DNA from: a virus
Lineage: Duplodnaviria > Heunggongvirae > Uroviricota > Caudoviricetes
Length of the DNA: 64,000 nucleotides
Virus record (IMG/VR): IMGVR_UViG_3300031998_000020
Strand: one strand, 5' to 3'
Under the pieces are notes generated by a model that ran no database searches, was not told where the DNA came from, and saw only the letters and a program-made list of their open reading frames with translations. The stretch's first letter is position 1. Each line of letters starts with the position of its first letter. Position numbers and translations under genes: made by a program. Shown in pieces: positions 18,343 to 28,937 of the stretch.

Positions 18343-19164
18343 ATGTTAACAAACAAGAATATTACAGTGATTGTGCCATTGCACAGATACGACAATGATA
18401 TCCCAGATATGCTCGATAACGCATTGAAGAGTGTGCCAAAGGATGTTAAGATTATTATCTCCACAGGTGACAAGTTCGACATCAAGACCTCTGACTTCAA
18501 GACAAGGGTGGTAAAGGACAAGAGAGTTACTTGGGTAGCTAATGCAACAGAAGACACAAGTTTTCAGAACCTTGTGAATCTTGGTGTTGAGGCTGTCAAG
18601 ACAGATTGGTTCAGTATCCTCGAATTCGATGACGTATATACACCTAATTGGTTTGAGAACTTCGAGAAGTACCAGGAATATAACCAGCAATACAACATTT
18701 TCTTCCCAATCGTTGACTTGTATGATACAAGTTCAGAGGAACGTAAGTTTATTGGCTATGGTAACGAGGCACCTTGGGCAGCAGCGTTCTCGGAAACTAT
18801 CGGTGTAATCGACGAAAAGTCACTTGAGAATTTCTTCAATTTCTACCCTACAGGCGGTATCTTTAACAAGAAGGTATGGGTTGAGGTAGGAGGCCTTAAG
18901 ACAAATATCAAGCTCACATTCTGGTATGAATTCATGAGAAGGTTTGTCAGCACGGAAGGTGGAAACATTTATGTTGTACCTAAAATCGGCTATGAGCATG
19001 GTCTCGGCAGGAAGGATTCACTATTGGATATCTACAGGACAACCATTGACAAGACAGAGTCAGATTTCTGGTTCAGGACTGCCAAGAAGGAGTCTTACTT
19101 CAAGGAGATGAGGGAGGTAGCGTATAAGCCTAAGACTAAGGTAGTGGAAGAAGAGAAGAAGTAG
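18343..19164 (+). CDS. Glycosyltransferase family 2
   Basis: ITVIVPLH, NLGVEAVKTDWFSILEFDD (DxD-like), GGIFNKKVW. Confidence 0.8.
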   Translation: MLTNKNITVIVPLHRYDNDIPDMLDNALKSVPKDVKIIISTGDKFDIKTSDFKTRVVKDKRVTWVANATEDTSFQNLVNLGVEAVKTDWFSILEFDDVYTPNWFENFEKYQEYNQQYNIFFPIVDLYDTSSEERKFIGYGNEAPWAAAFSETIGVIDEKSLENFFNFYPTGGIFNKKVWVEVGGLKTNIKLTFWYEFMRRFVSTEGGNIYVVPKIGYEHGLGRKDSLLDIYRTTIDKTESDFWFRTAKKESYFKEMREVAYKPKTKVVEEEKK

Positions 19165-19255
19165 AAGTAGAAACTGTCAAACTAACCAAACGGAGGGTGG
19201 TGGTAGAGATATTACCACCCTCTCTTTATTAAGAGGGATTTTTTTACATTATACA

Positions 19256-19984
19256 ATGGCGAAAAGAGGACGAAAAAGAAAAGGTTACTTCTACGAAGAA
19301 CAAGAACAGGCTGTTGTTGATTACCTTAATGAGAAAGATGATAAGAAAAGAGAGGTAATATTCAATACTTGGCTCCATCCAGCATTCACAAAAATGGTGG
19401 ATTGTATTATCAGGAGGTATAAATTTTTCTATACAACCGAAGATTATAACCAGACATGGGTTGATACATATTCTTACCTCATAACCAAACTTGACAAGTT
19501 TGACCCAAGCAAGGGAACCAAGGCTTACTCTTATTTCGGTACTGTGTGTAAGCATTACCTGATTATGAAGGCCGAGAAGTATGAAAAGGTAAAGGAGAAA
19601 CTGGAATCTTACGAAGACAACCTTCAATGGCTTAGCAATCACAATCAGACAGCCGAGGCAGAGGCCGAGAATAATCAACTCGAATTTCTTAACAAGCTCA
19701 TCGATGGAACGTGTCATGAGATACAAAGAGTTATTGATACAGAAGCGATAACCCTGACCGATAACGAAATCAAGGTTGGATTGGCACTTATCAACGTCTT
19801 CCAGAATTGGAGTGAAATCTTTATGGAAGACTTAGGGTCCAAGAAATTCAACAAATCGAAGATTCTGTTACATCTTAAGGAATTAACAAGACTAAAGACA
19901 CCTGAAATCAGAAACAACATGAAAAGATTCAAATGTGTTTATTATGGTCTGAAAAAAATGATGCTGGAGGATGAGGGATATTGA
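19256..19984 (+). CDS. Phage RNA polymerase sigma factor (putative late, T4 gp55-like)
   Basis: YFYEEQEQAVVDYL...KFDPSKGTKAYSYFGTVCKHYLI, sigma region-2-like. Confidence 0.75.
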   Translation: MAKRGRKRKGYFYEEQEQAVVDYLNEKDDKKREVIFNTWLHPAFTKMVDCIIRRYKFFYTTEDYNQTWVDTYSYLITKLDKFDPSKGTKAYSYFGTVCKHYLIMKAEKYEKVKEKLESYEDNLQWLSNHNQTAEAEAENNQLEFLNKLIDGTCHEIQRVIDTEAITLTDNEIKVGLALINVFQNWSEIFMEDLGSKKFNKSKILLHLKELTRLKTPEIRNNMKRFKCVYYGLKKMMLEDEGY

Positions 19985-20021
19985 TTTTCAAGTATTTATT
20001 GTTAATAAATAACAATTAATT

Positions 20022-20429
20022 ATGGCACGTAGTCTTAAAAATTTCAAAATTGAACTTAATTCTGCCGACAATCTGAGAGACCTGTTACAGCAAATCATGG
20101 ATTTGGCTGACGAACAGCTAATTCAAATACAAGCGGAAATTGAAAAATTGAAAAACTCAACAGACCTCACCCAGGAGCCTATGGATGGCAAAGCAAAATA
20201 TGCCAAAGCTATTAACGACTTTTTATCTGTCAAGGATAAGACTGTAAGCAAAAAGATTGAAGTGGCAAAAATGCTTAATGATGTCATGGCACACAATGGT
20301 GATGTCAAAGCTACACTTGAGGATAGCAATAGCAGTAGTGGTGGCTTCGACCTGCAAAGTCTCAGGGATGAGCTCGAAAAAATGGATGCAAGGGATTCAG
20401 TAGTAAAAACCATTAACCTGAAAAAGTAA
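20022..20429 (+). CDS. Hypothetical coiled-coil late protein
   Basis: 135 aa; preceded by TATTTATT at 19993. Confidence 0.7.
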   Translation: MARSLKNFKIELNSADNLRDLLQQIMDLADEQLIQIQAEIEKLKNSTDLTQEPMDGKAKYAKAINDFLSVKDKTVSKKIEVAKMLNDVMAHNGDVKATLEDSNSSSGGFDLQSLRDELEKMDARDSVVKTINLKK

Positions 20430-20434
20430 AAAGC

Positions 20435-22840
20435 ATGGCAAGCGGACAGGATTTAATTTTTGGACAAATTGGTGCTGCAAAGATATTTTGCGGTAAGCTC
20501 TCTGACAACCTTAACGTAAAGAAGGTCGGCAGGGACAAACAAATATCCGAATTAGAAGAACAGATTGCACATGCCGATGATGACAGACAGATAACTAAGC
20601 TCAGAAAGAAACAAGACAGGCTTACCAAATTAAGGAATAAGACTGCAATGGCTGAACAAAGGGCTGAGAATGCGGTTGATTACCTTAGTAGGATTGCAGA
20701 AACCGTTGATATTGGTAGGGATAAGATAATTGAGTTTATTGCAGATACAATTACCGTTGCAATGCCAGCAATGGAACTTGCGGTAAAGACAGCTTTGCTG
20801 GCCAATATCAAGAAGCTCACAGCGTGTGCGTTGGATGTAAGGATTCCAGAGGTATTAAGAAAAGAGGGTATGCTACTCAATGAGACTGAGATAGACCCAA
20901 GGATGATACTTTTCATGCCTCCAATGTCCAAATACGGACACTTCCAGTATTTCGGCTGTGACAGAGAAGGCATGAGTAGCTACGAATTGGCTAAAGCTGA
21001 GGACATGAATGCTTTTATCTGGTTTGTCAAGAACTGTGCAATGTTCGTGAATCCTATCATAATCAACAACGGAACGAACAGTATGAGCACATACTTCAAG
21101 AATGCGAGTGGCATATTGAAAGAAGGTGTTTATACCAAGGCAGATGACCATCCAGGCTTAACCGTAGGTACGGTACTAAAAGACACATCAGCTTCCAATA
21201 CTCTGTATCTGATTGATAGTGTGTCACACGAGAACGACACGACAACCTATAGTATTAAGCCGATTTCCAACACTACAACTTCCGTAAACTGGTACGGTAA
21301 GGCTAAAATACAGAATGCCGAGAATAGAAGGAAGCAGCCACTTTTCAGCTTGACGTATTCCAACGTATACAATTCGTCAGCAAAGCTTCCACTTCACAAC
21401 TTCAAATTCAAGATTCTCCAGGAGCCATTCAAGGTAAATACAGTTCTTGCTTCTGGTGATTTAACAGGTATATTACCTCAAAAGGTGTTATTTGATGAGG
21501 ATGGCACCTATAACAGAAGGGGTAAATTCACAATCAGAGAAGACCTGTTTACTATAACCAATGTCACAAGCCAAATGGCAGGTGATAATCCGCAGAACAG
21601 ATATGTGTCATATCACCTAATACCAAAAGTGGACATCGGAGGTGATGTGTACCTTGTTTACGAAAAATCCAGTGGACTATTCAAATTCGGCAGGACAACG
21701 GACACAGGTAATCATTTGTGGACGTTCGTTGAAAACGAAAGAGAGATAAGAGTCAGGGAATTGGATGGGCAAAACAGCCAAGAAGATGCTATACTGGCAA
21801 CAAAAGTACTCACAGAATGCTATAAGGGTGACACTGTATATGAGTTCAACCATGATTATCTCATGTCATTCAAGTTATTCGACGAGAAGGTAATTGCAGC
21901 CAATGTTATCAATGCTCTTTTGTCCATTGACCTGCCAATCTCGTTAGAATCGTTGATGAAATCTGTGCTGAATAAGAAACAACAAACAGCTTCGTCATAT
22001 AATCAATTGTATATCAATACAATGACGGACAGGATGATACAGAAAATCCTTGACAGCGAAACAGACGAGTATAGTTCTTGTTTTTATACTTTTAGTAATC
22101 AGGAGTATATTGACATGGAGGAACAGACAGCACTCAAGGTTATCAATGGACAGTTAGTCAAGCAAGAAACTGTCAGTGCCTTAACAAGTGCTTTCAATAT
22201 CCTCGATGCCTACGATACAGAAGCTTCTCTCAACGAAAAGAAAGAGACTATTACACGAAGCATTATCAAAGCTCTTGAGACAACAGAGCAAAACGGTGAC
22301 AATTATCTGGCTACTTCCGACGTGAATAGCAGTAATGGTGTTAATAGAAGTGATTCTACAAGTTCTTTCATCAAGAAGGCAATGAGGGCTTTGATTAAGG
22401 AATTAACCTATGCCATCCTAAGTCCAAAGGTGCTAATGCTGATTGCAGTGAACCAGAGACTAATGCGAAATGAGCTAACAAGTAATGAGAACTACAAATT
22501 CAGCATTGAGGACGTTTTAAAGGGCGTACAGGGCATTATAAAGTCCATAGTGGGGGAAATTATCGATTCAATCGAAAAAGAGCTTCTACGAGTGATTTTG
22601 GCGAGAATTACAGAGATAATGAACGGTTACACGTTAGCCCTGGCCAAAGAATACGCCTCAAAATGGAAAGCTTTCATAAAAAGCCTTCTTTCCTGCTTCA
22701 AGGGAAGTAGTTCGAGAAGAAGACAAGGCTACGGTGATAACACTGATGATACGATTGACGAAATCTTAACTCAGATTGATACTGCCGACCTTGATGAGCT
22801 TGCAGACCAGATTATACCAGACACAAACCCTTGTGATTAA
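20435..22840 (+). CDS. Large hypothetical (probably structural) protein
   Basis: 801-aa ORF in the baseplate cluster. Confidence 0.7.
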   Translation: MASGQDLIFGQIGAAKIFCGKLSDNLNVKKVGRDKQISELEEQIAHADDDRQITKLRKKQDRLTKLRNKTAMAEQRAENAVDYLSRIAETVDIGRDKIIEFIADTITVAMPAMELAVKTALLANIKKLTACALDVRIPEVLRKEGMLLNETEIDPRMILFMPPMSKYGHFQYFGCDREGMSSYELAKAEDMNAFIWFVKNCAMFVNPIIINNGTNSMSTYFKNASGILKEGVYTKADDHPGLTVGTVLKDTSASNTLYLIDSVSHENDTTTYSIKPISNTTTSVNWYGKAKIQNAENRRKQPLFSLTYSNVYNSSAKLPLHNFKFKILQEPFKVNTVLASGDLTGILPQKVLFDEDGTYNRRGKFTIREDLFTITNVTSQMAGDNPQNRYVSYHLIPKVDIGGDVYLVYEKSSGLFKFGRTTDTGNHLWTFVENEREIRVRELDGQNSQEDAILATKVLTECYKGDTVYEFNHDYLMSFKLFDEKVIAANVINALLSIDLPISLESLMKSVLNKKQQTASSYNQLYINTMTDRMIQKILDSETDEYSSCFYTFSNQEYIDMEEQTALKVINGQLVKQETVSALTSAFNILDAYDTEASLNEKKETITRSIIKALETTEQNGDNYLATSDVNSSNGVNRSDSTSSFIKKAMRALIKELTYAILSPKVLMLIAVNQRLMRNELTSNENYKFSIEDVLKGVQGIIKSIVGEIIDSIEKELLRVILARITEIMNGYTLALAKEYASKWKAFIKSLLSCFKGSSSRRRQGYGDNTDDTIDEILTQIDTADLDELADQIIPDTNPCD

Positions 22841-22853
22841 TATTTAAGAAATC

Positions 22854-23243
22854 ATGAAAATAGACCAAATAACAAGCAAGATTAACAGTTTTCTTGGGGC
22901 AGCCAACTCCAAGGTTACACAAATGATACCTGCACCTGCAATATTATTGTTGTGTGCATCATTGACGAGGCCAGGTCTAAGTCCTCTGAGGTCTATAAGC
23001 AATATATGCACAGCGTTAGAGGGTTTGGGTATTCCGACGGGTGATAATCCAGACGGAAGTCCTAACTTGGTTGTCAGGGCGATATACGAGATTGTCAAGG
23101 AAACAGACAGGGCTATGTGTGAAGATGCAAGCATACAGGGAGCAGGTGAAATTGGCTCGATTGTTGCAGCAGGTGCCAATGCTGGCGGTCCTGTGACGGT
23201 AACGAATATTCTGCCATTTTCTATTAAAGGATTAATTCAATAG
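22854..23243 (+). CDS. Hypothetical baseplate-region protein
   Basis: 129-aa ORF upstream of the gp5-like gene. Confidence 0.65.
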   Translation: MKIDQITSKINSFLGAANSKVTQMIPAPAILLLCASLTRPGLSPLRSISNICTALEGLGIPTGDNPDGSPNLVVRAIYEIVKETDRAMCEDASIQGAGEIGSIVAAGANAGGPVTVTNILPFSIKGLIQ

Positions 23244-23245
23244 TT

Positions 23246-23404
23246 ATGACTAAAGAAGAAATTCAAAACGAAATGCTTAAATTGGCTGAAAAATTTGTCA
23301 AATTGAAGCAGATTGCCGAAAAATTAGGTGATGAATTGAATAAAGTCAGTCAAGAATATCATAGATACGAAAAAGAACTTAAAGAAATAGACGATGGACA
23401 ATAA
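23246..23404 (+). CDS. Small coiled-coil protein (52 aa)
   Basis: Hand translation MTKEEIQNEMLKLAEKFVKLKQIAEKLGDELNKVSQEYHRYEKELKEIDDGQ; fills the gap between two ORFs. Confidence 0.6.
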   Translation: MTKEEIQNEMLKLAEKFVKLKQIAEKLGDELNKVSQEYHRYEKELKEIDDGQ

Positions 23405-24386
23405 TTTTACTCTTCTTGGCTTGGGTGAAGTCGAATATGTAGAGGGCGGTTCCTTTAGTTTCGATGACGATGCCAATGCAGGACGAATTAAAGTCAGGGT
23501 AGATTCTGACGGTAATAAAACCACAGAAGAACTGGCGTATGCTTTTCCGTTGCTACCAAAATCCCTTCACGTACTGCCACAAGTAGGTGAAGGTGTAATT
23601 GTTTTGGTATCTAAAATAGGTAATTTTGAAAGCCAGAGATATTATGTCGGTCCTATTATCTCCCAACCACAATTCAATACAAGGTGTACCTATGAAAAGG
23701 GTAGGGGTGATGCTGTTTCATTGCTACAGGACAAAAAGGCCCCAGCAAAGAGTCCGCTTGAGGCTTTGTCAAGGGCTGGTGAATCTGTAAAGGGTTCGTT
23801 CCCTAATCCTAATGACGTTGCTCTTATCGGACGAGGAAGGGAAGACGTAATATGTAGATACAGGGATAGTGATAAAGTCAGTGAGGTAAATATCCGTGCT
23901 GGTATCAGGCTGGAGCCTTCTGATATTGATGTTAAGTTTATAAAAGGTAACGTGGTATTCAACCATGTGGACCCTGCATACATACAAGTCAAACACAAGG
24001 TTGGTGGCGTTTGCGGACTAAAAGAAACACCTTATGACAACGACCCGAACAGCTACGAATCTCCCGAAGTAAGGGAAGGTAACAGTGTAGTCAATGTTGT
24101 TGCAGATAAATTCAATTTTATTTCAAATAAAGCACATTTTGGCGAATCAGTAACCGACCCAGAACAAGGAGTAAAAGAGGAAGACATAGATTATGTAATG
24201 TCACAACTTCATAGGGGAGTGTATGGAGATGAGCTTATTGTGCTGCTCAAATTGATTGTCAAGGCACTTTTTCAGCACACACATCCTTTTTCTATGCTTC
24301 CACCAACTGTCGGAGGAACGCCACTAAAAGACCTCATGGACTATCCATATGAGAAGATTCTATCTCAACATTTCAGGATTAGCTAA
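23394..24386 (+). CDS. Baseplate hub/spike protein (T4 gp5/Vgr OB-fold-like)
   Basis: DDANAGRIKVRV...AFPLLPK...LPQVGEGVIV OB-fold pattern; C-terminal HTHP. Confidence 0.75.
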   Translation: MDNNFTLLGLGEVEYVEGGSFSFDDDANAGRIKVRVDSDGNKTTEELAYAFPLLPKSLHVLPQVGEGVIVLVSKIGNFESQRYYVGPIISQPQFNTRCTYEKGRGDAVSLLQDKKAPAKSPLEALSRAGESVKGSFPNPNDVALIGRGREDVICRYRDSDKVSEVNIRAGIRLEPSDIDVKFIKGNVVFNHVDPAYIQVKHKVGGVCGLKETPYDNDPNSYESPEVREGNSVVNVVADKFNFISNKAHFGESVTDPEQGVKEEDIDYVMSQLHRGVYGDELIVLLKLIVKALFQHTHPFSMLPPTVGGTPLKDLMDYPYEKILSQHFRIS

Positions 24387-24439
24387 ATAAACAGTTTGAT
24401 TTTTCTCGCTATTTATAGTATAATGAATCTTTTTTAAGA

Positions 24440-26350
24440 ATGTTTTACAACAGAACTTATCTCGATAAATGTGCCACAATCGTAAAGGGGAGTGATTTTA
24501 ACACAGGTCTAAATCCTGTGTCAGAACTCGTATGGGGTAGGAACCTGTCAAGGTTTCTTGTTCATTTCGACCATAGTAAATTAAAGAAAATGGTCGATGA
24601 CGAGACTTATGCTGATATTTCAAAGCTACATCACAGGTTAAAAATAACCAATGCAGGGTCATTGGATATGTCTGAGACACACAAAGTGTATCAGAGCCAA
24701 ATTGACGGTGATGCTAAAAAACGCACGTCATCATTTGACCTTATTTTCTTCCTTATTCCTGAATTATGGGATGAGGGTAAGGGTTTTGACTATAGCAAGT
24801 CTTATTTCAACACTGACTATTACGATAAGCAGACATACGATTATGCCCTCTACAAACTCCAGGAGGGTGTAAACTGGCACCAATCCAGAAGTGGTTATGA
24901 CTGGAAAGAAGAAGATAAGTATCAAAAGTCCAAAAAGGAATTGTTCGACTTTTATATCAAGGCGAACAAAAAGGTGATTGCTGGTGTCGGTGATACGGTT
25001 ACATTCAGGTTTTATTGCGAATGCGGTGTAAACAAGTGTAATACAGGTCTCAAACTTGAACTCACGAAGAGCGTGGGCAATGATAACAAGATAGAGATTG
25101 GTACACCTGTATACTTTGCAAAGAACGGCAATATTTGTAAAACAAAGGAACAAAAGGAGAGATATTGTGATTACGTAGAGGTGGCTGTAAAGATTCCTGA
25201 GAATGATAGCGGAATGGCCATCAAACGTAGTTTCAGGGTGTCGCTGACAATAAATGAGGATGACGAGAACCTGAAAAAAGAATTCAAGTCCCTCTCATAC
25301 AGGATTACACAATTATCCAAGACACAAGAATTCTATCCACAGACGGAAGACGGTGTGTATTCAACACACACATTGGAAAAGGAGCTAGACAAATACCTTG
25401 CAGGTAAAAAGTCTATAGTTATCGGTACACAGCACTTTGACAATGGTCTTGAGAACATTGATGTCGACATTACATCTACTGTGAATAAGTTCATTAAGGG
25501 TGAATTGGAAAATTATGGTATCGGTATTGCATTTTCTCCAAAACAGGAGTATTCCGATTCAATATACGAGAACTATATTGGCTTACTTACCAATAAGACT
25601 AATTCATTCTTTGAACCATTCCTCGAAACGACATATGATGGTATAATAGAAGATGATAGGGCGAATTTCATCCCAGGCAAGGATAACCATATCTATCTCT
25701 ATTCTAATATCGGTAATAAGCTGACACCGTTAGACGAGCTTCCTACTTGTACAATTGAAGTAGTAATGGAGGATGGCGAAATAGTCCCTAAGAGTTTCCC
25801 TGTTAGTGTAGTAACAAGGGGTGTATATTGTGCAACAGTGAATTTACCTATTAGTGGTTATACAAGTCCTACAATGCTATATGACGTATGGGATAACCTC
25901 AAGTATCAAGGCAATCCTTTACCTCCTGTAGAGCTTAACTTTACAACACAAGACCCGTTTGATTACTTCAAATTGGACAATAGTCTTCCTGGACAGAATG
26001 AATTCACACCTAACTGTTATGGCATCAAGAACAACGAACAGATAAGAAGAGGTGATATCAGGAAGATAAACATTGTTACACGTAAGAACTACTCCAAGAA
26101 TACAGCCGTAAGGATTGGTGATGTCTATGCAAGGTTGTATGTAATGGACGGAACGGCACAGTGTGATGTGATACCATACCATAAAGTGAATAGGGGTTTT
26201 ACCGAGAATTATACCGAAATTGATACAAGTATATTACCTCCTAACCAATATTTTCTGGATGTGAAAATAATTTATGGAATGGAATGTATTGAACATCAAG
26301 ACGTTCTAAGATTTACCATTGTTAATGACCTTAATAATAAGTATAATTGA
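24440..26350 (+). CDS. Structural (baseplate/tail) protein
   Basis: 636 aa, FDLIFFLIPELWDEGKGFDY motif, beta-rich C-terminus; preceded by TATTTATA at 24410. Confidence 0.55.
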   Translation: MFYNRTYLDKCATIVKGSDFNTGLNPVSELVWGRNLSRFLVHFDHSKLKKMVDDETYADISKLHHRLKITNAGSLDMSETHKVYQSQIDGDAKKRTSSFDLIFFLIPELWDEGKGFDYSKSYFNTDYYDKQTYDYALYKLQEGVNWHQSRSGYDWKEEDKYQKSKKELFDFYIKANKKVIAGVGDTVTFRFYCECGVNKCNTGLKLELTKSVGNDNKIEIGTPVYFAKNGNICKTKEQKERYCDYVEVAVKIPENDSGMAIKRSFRVSLTINEDDENLKKEFKSLSYRITQLSKTQEFYPQTEDGVYSTHTLEKELDKYLAGKKSIVIGTQHFDNGLENIDVDITSTVNKFIKGELENYGIGIAFSPKQEYSDSIYENYIGLLTNKTNSFFEPFLETTYDGIIEDDRANFIPGKDNHIYLYSNIGNKLTPLDELPTCTIEVVMEDGEIVPKSFPVSVVTRGVYCATVNLPISGYTSPTMLYDVWDNLKYQGNPLPPVELNFTTQDPFDYFKLDNSLPGQNEFTPNCYGIKNNEQIRRGDIRKINIVTRKNYSKNTAVRIGDVYARLYVMDGTAQCDVIPYHKVNRGFTENYTEIDTSILPPNQYFLDVKIIYGMECIEHQDVLRFTIVNDLNNKYN

Positions 26351-26691
26351 TGTTTCGGAAGATATTTATTGGTATAGTGGCATTGATGATGATAGCCTGT
26401 AATCCGAAGGTTAGCGATAATATAGCCAAGGATATTCAGACACAATCCATCCAAAGCACCACTAAAAAGTACGACAGCAAAAACGGTTTGGTTGGCTATT
26501 GTGATAGCCTCAATATCCCAAACGACTTAGAGCTATGGGAGAGAACCGTTTTCAAGGGGTACGAAAGCAATAAAATCGTCGAGGAATACTTTTATATAAG
26601 ATACGACGATGCAAGTGACGTATTCCGAGCAAAGATAAGTGTTGAGGGCAATGATACAAGTATAGTTGTCACACACAGGATTATGAGATAA
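26350..26691 (+). CDS. Lipoprotein
   Basis: Signal peptide ending in lipobox MIA-C. Confidence 0.65.
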   Translation: MFRKIFIGIVALMMIACNPKVSDNIAKDIQTQSIQSTTKKYDSKNGLVGYCDSLNIPNDLELWERTVFKGYESNKIVEEYFYIRYDDASDVFRAKISVEGNDTSIVVTHRIMR

Positions 26692-26704
26692 ACAATAATT
26701 GCTT

Positions 26705-27301
26705 ATGGTTTATAGCGGTTGTAAACCCTCTAAGATGGACGGAACCGAGCATAAGTTCGGTTATGCAAAGACCAAGATACCTGAGACATTCAGTTACGTT
26801 CCTGCAATGCCTCCGATTACCGACCAAGGTTCAAGCCAAAAGTGTGTTGCCCATGCACTGACAGCATATCTTGACTGGAACAAAAATCAGTACGAAGGTG
26901 ATAATAATGGAGGACAATTTGATATTGACACGTTATACGCTTGCAGGGCTGATAAAAGTGTTGAGGGGATGCAGATTAAGGAAGCCCTACACTTTTTGCT
27001 CCACAAAGGCTTAAATGGGGCAAAAATCGAGGAATATGCCTTAGTTGGCTCAGAAGTCGCTTTGCAAAACGCACTTATTTTGAATGGCCCATGTCCTCTG
27101 GCACTTCCTGTCAAATCAGAAGACAAGGAATTTTGGAAGGGCAACAAGTCACTGGGAGGCCATTGTGTGTTAGTTGTTGGATACAACAAAAAAGGATTCA
27201 TTATACGAAACTCTTGGGGAAAGAGTTATGGGGATAAGGGCTACGCCATACTGCCCTATGAAGATTTTGACAAGATAATAGAGTGTTGGACAGTTATCTA
27301 A
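26705..27301 (+). CDS. Papain-like (C1) cysteine peptidase
   Basis: DQGSSQKCV (Gln/Cys), GGHCVLVVGY (His), IRNSWGKSYGDKGY (Asn); ATG 26705 (track TTG 26699). Confidence 0.9.
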   Translation: MVYSGCKPSKMDGTEHKFGYAKTKIPETFSYVPAMPPITDQGSSQKCVAHALTAYLDWNKNQYEGDNNGGQFDIDTLYACRADKSVEGMQIKEALHFLLHKGLNGAKIEEYALVGSEVALQNALILNGPCPLALPVKSEDKEFWKGNKSLGGHCVLVVGYNKKGFIIRNSWGKSYGDKGYAILPYEDFDKIIECWTVI

Positions 27302-27389
27302 TTGATAATAAGAACCTTACTTAAGCATTAAGTTGTTTAAGTGAGGTTTTTTCGGCTATAATAAATTAATAAAATTAAACCCTTTGTTT

Positions 27390-28196
27390 ATGGGCAAAAA
27401 AGCAAGATTAAACGAAGCCATCAGTCATGAGGAACTGATGTACATCGAAGAAAAGAAATCAGGGGCTAAGTTCCAGTACCTTGATGCCTACAAGAACCAA
27501 TTAAAGACTCAAACTGCTATGAAGGTGGAAATTAAGTGTAAGAACGAAAAGCAGAAGCAGTTTTTGAACCAGTTAAAAGACAAGTCAAAGGAAATCGTGA
27601 TAGGCTGTGGTTCTGCTGGTTGCGGAAAGTCATTCGTCAGTTTGGCCTATGCATTGAAAGCTCTCAAGGAAAACGACTTTGAAAGGGTTGTTATGGTGAT
27701 TCCAACTGCCCCTGCTGGAGGCAAGGATATGGATTTGGGGCTCTTAAAAGGAGAGCTATCATCCAAGGTGGAACCATACCAACAGGCTGATAAAGAGACG
27801 ATTAAGAAGATTCTTAAGTTGAGTGGAACCCAGGATTGGGATAGTATGGCAGAGAATCTAATCAGGTCAGGACAGATACAATATGAATTTATTAACTATC
27901 TCTTAGGTAAAACATTTGATGATGCCTTGATTTGTGTAAATGAAGCTGAGCAATTCACGAAGAGTAATATGAGGTTGATTCTCAGTAGAATGGGAGAGAA
28001 TAGCAAAATTGTTATTACAGGAGATTCCAAACAGGTTAACAGAAGGGATATTGTCAACAAGAAAGACATTAGTGGACTTGATTTCGTCATTAACAATCTT
28101 AACCAACTGGACGAGGTGGGAATAACGGAGTTCATCGAAGAGGATATTGTAAGAAATCCACTGATAACAAAGATTCTGAAAATTTTTGACAAATAA
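27390..28196 (+). CDS. phoH: PhoH-like ATPase
   Basis: GSAGCGKS, LGLLKGEL, LSRMGENSKIVITGDSKQ, DIVRNPLI. Confidence 0.9.
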   Translation: MGKKARLNEAISHEELMYIEEKKSGAKFQYLDAYKNQLKTQTAMKVEIKCKNEKQKQFLNQLKDKSKEIVIGCGSAGCGKSFVSLAYALKALKENDFERVVMVIPTAPAGGKDMDLGLLKGELSSKVEPYQQADKETIKKILKLSGTQDWDSMAENLIRSGQIQYEFINYLLGKTFDDALICVNEAEQFTKSNMRLILSRMGENSKIVITGDSKQVNRRDIVNKKDISGLDFVINNLNQLDEVGITEFIEEDIVRNPLITKILKIFDK

Positions 28197-28316
28197 ACAA
28201 AAAAAGGCAGGGAGATATACAACTCCTTGCCTTTTACAATAAAAACCACCCACAAATAGACAAACTACTTATGGGTGGAAAAAATTAGTATTAAATATGA
28301 GAAAAAGTTTGCTCAA

Positions 28317-28808
28317 TTAGAATGGAAGGTCATCCTCTTGCTCGGCTACCTGTGGAGCAGGTGCTGCCTTTGACTTGGATGGCTTAACAGTAGCTGACAT
28401 CTCAGCAATCTTGGCATCCTTTGATGGAGCAGATGCGTTAGTGTCACCACTTGCACCACTTGCACCATTTGCACCATTTGCACCATTCTCACCCTGACCG
28501 CCACCGAGGTTAGCAAACTCGATACTGTCTGCCGATACCTTATGGTCGATACCAGGTGTACCGTCCTTGGCTGTGTAAATGGTAGAACGGAGGCTTCCTG
28601 TAACAAACACTGCACTGCCCTTCTTGAGGTGTGGCAAGAGATTCTTGTATCTCTCTGAGTTTGCATTGACAGTAACCCATGTGGTCACATTCTCCTTGTT
28701 AATTCTCTCGTTGCTTGCTACTCTCATAGAGATAAAGGATGAACCGTTAGAAGTCTGAACCTCTCTTGCATCCTCGCCAAGCCTACCTAATAATGTTGTC
28801 TTGAACAT
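28317..28808 (-). CDS. ssb: Single-stranded DNA-binding protein
   Basis: LLGRLGED, LKKGSAVFVTGSL, Gly/Ala/Asn linker, acidic C-terminus EDDLPF. Confidence 0.92.
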   Translation of the reverse strand: MFKTTLLGRLGEDAREVQTSNGSSFISMRVASNERINKENVTTWVTVNANSERYKNLLPHLKKGSAVFVTGSLRSTIYTAKDGTPGIDHKVSADSIEFANLGGGQGENGANGANGASGASGDTNASAPSKDAKIAEMSATVKPSKSKAAPAPQVAEQEDDLPF

Positions 28809-28937
28809 GTTGTTAAAAATTAAAAATTACGGTTAAAACTAAATTACTTTATGACAATGGCTTCAAATCCAACCTAAAAAATTATCAGCCTCAAACCATA
28901 TGCCGATGGTTTATAGAATTTGTAGAATTTTCTGCTG

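Noticed and set aside
28448-28485. 9-nt tandem repeat in ssb
   Set aside because: Simply encodes the flexible GANGANGASGASG linker.
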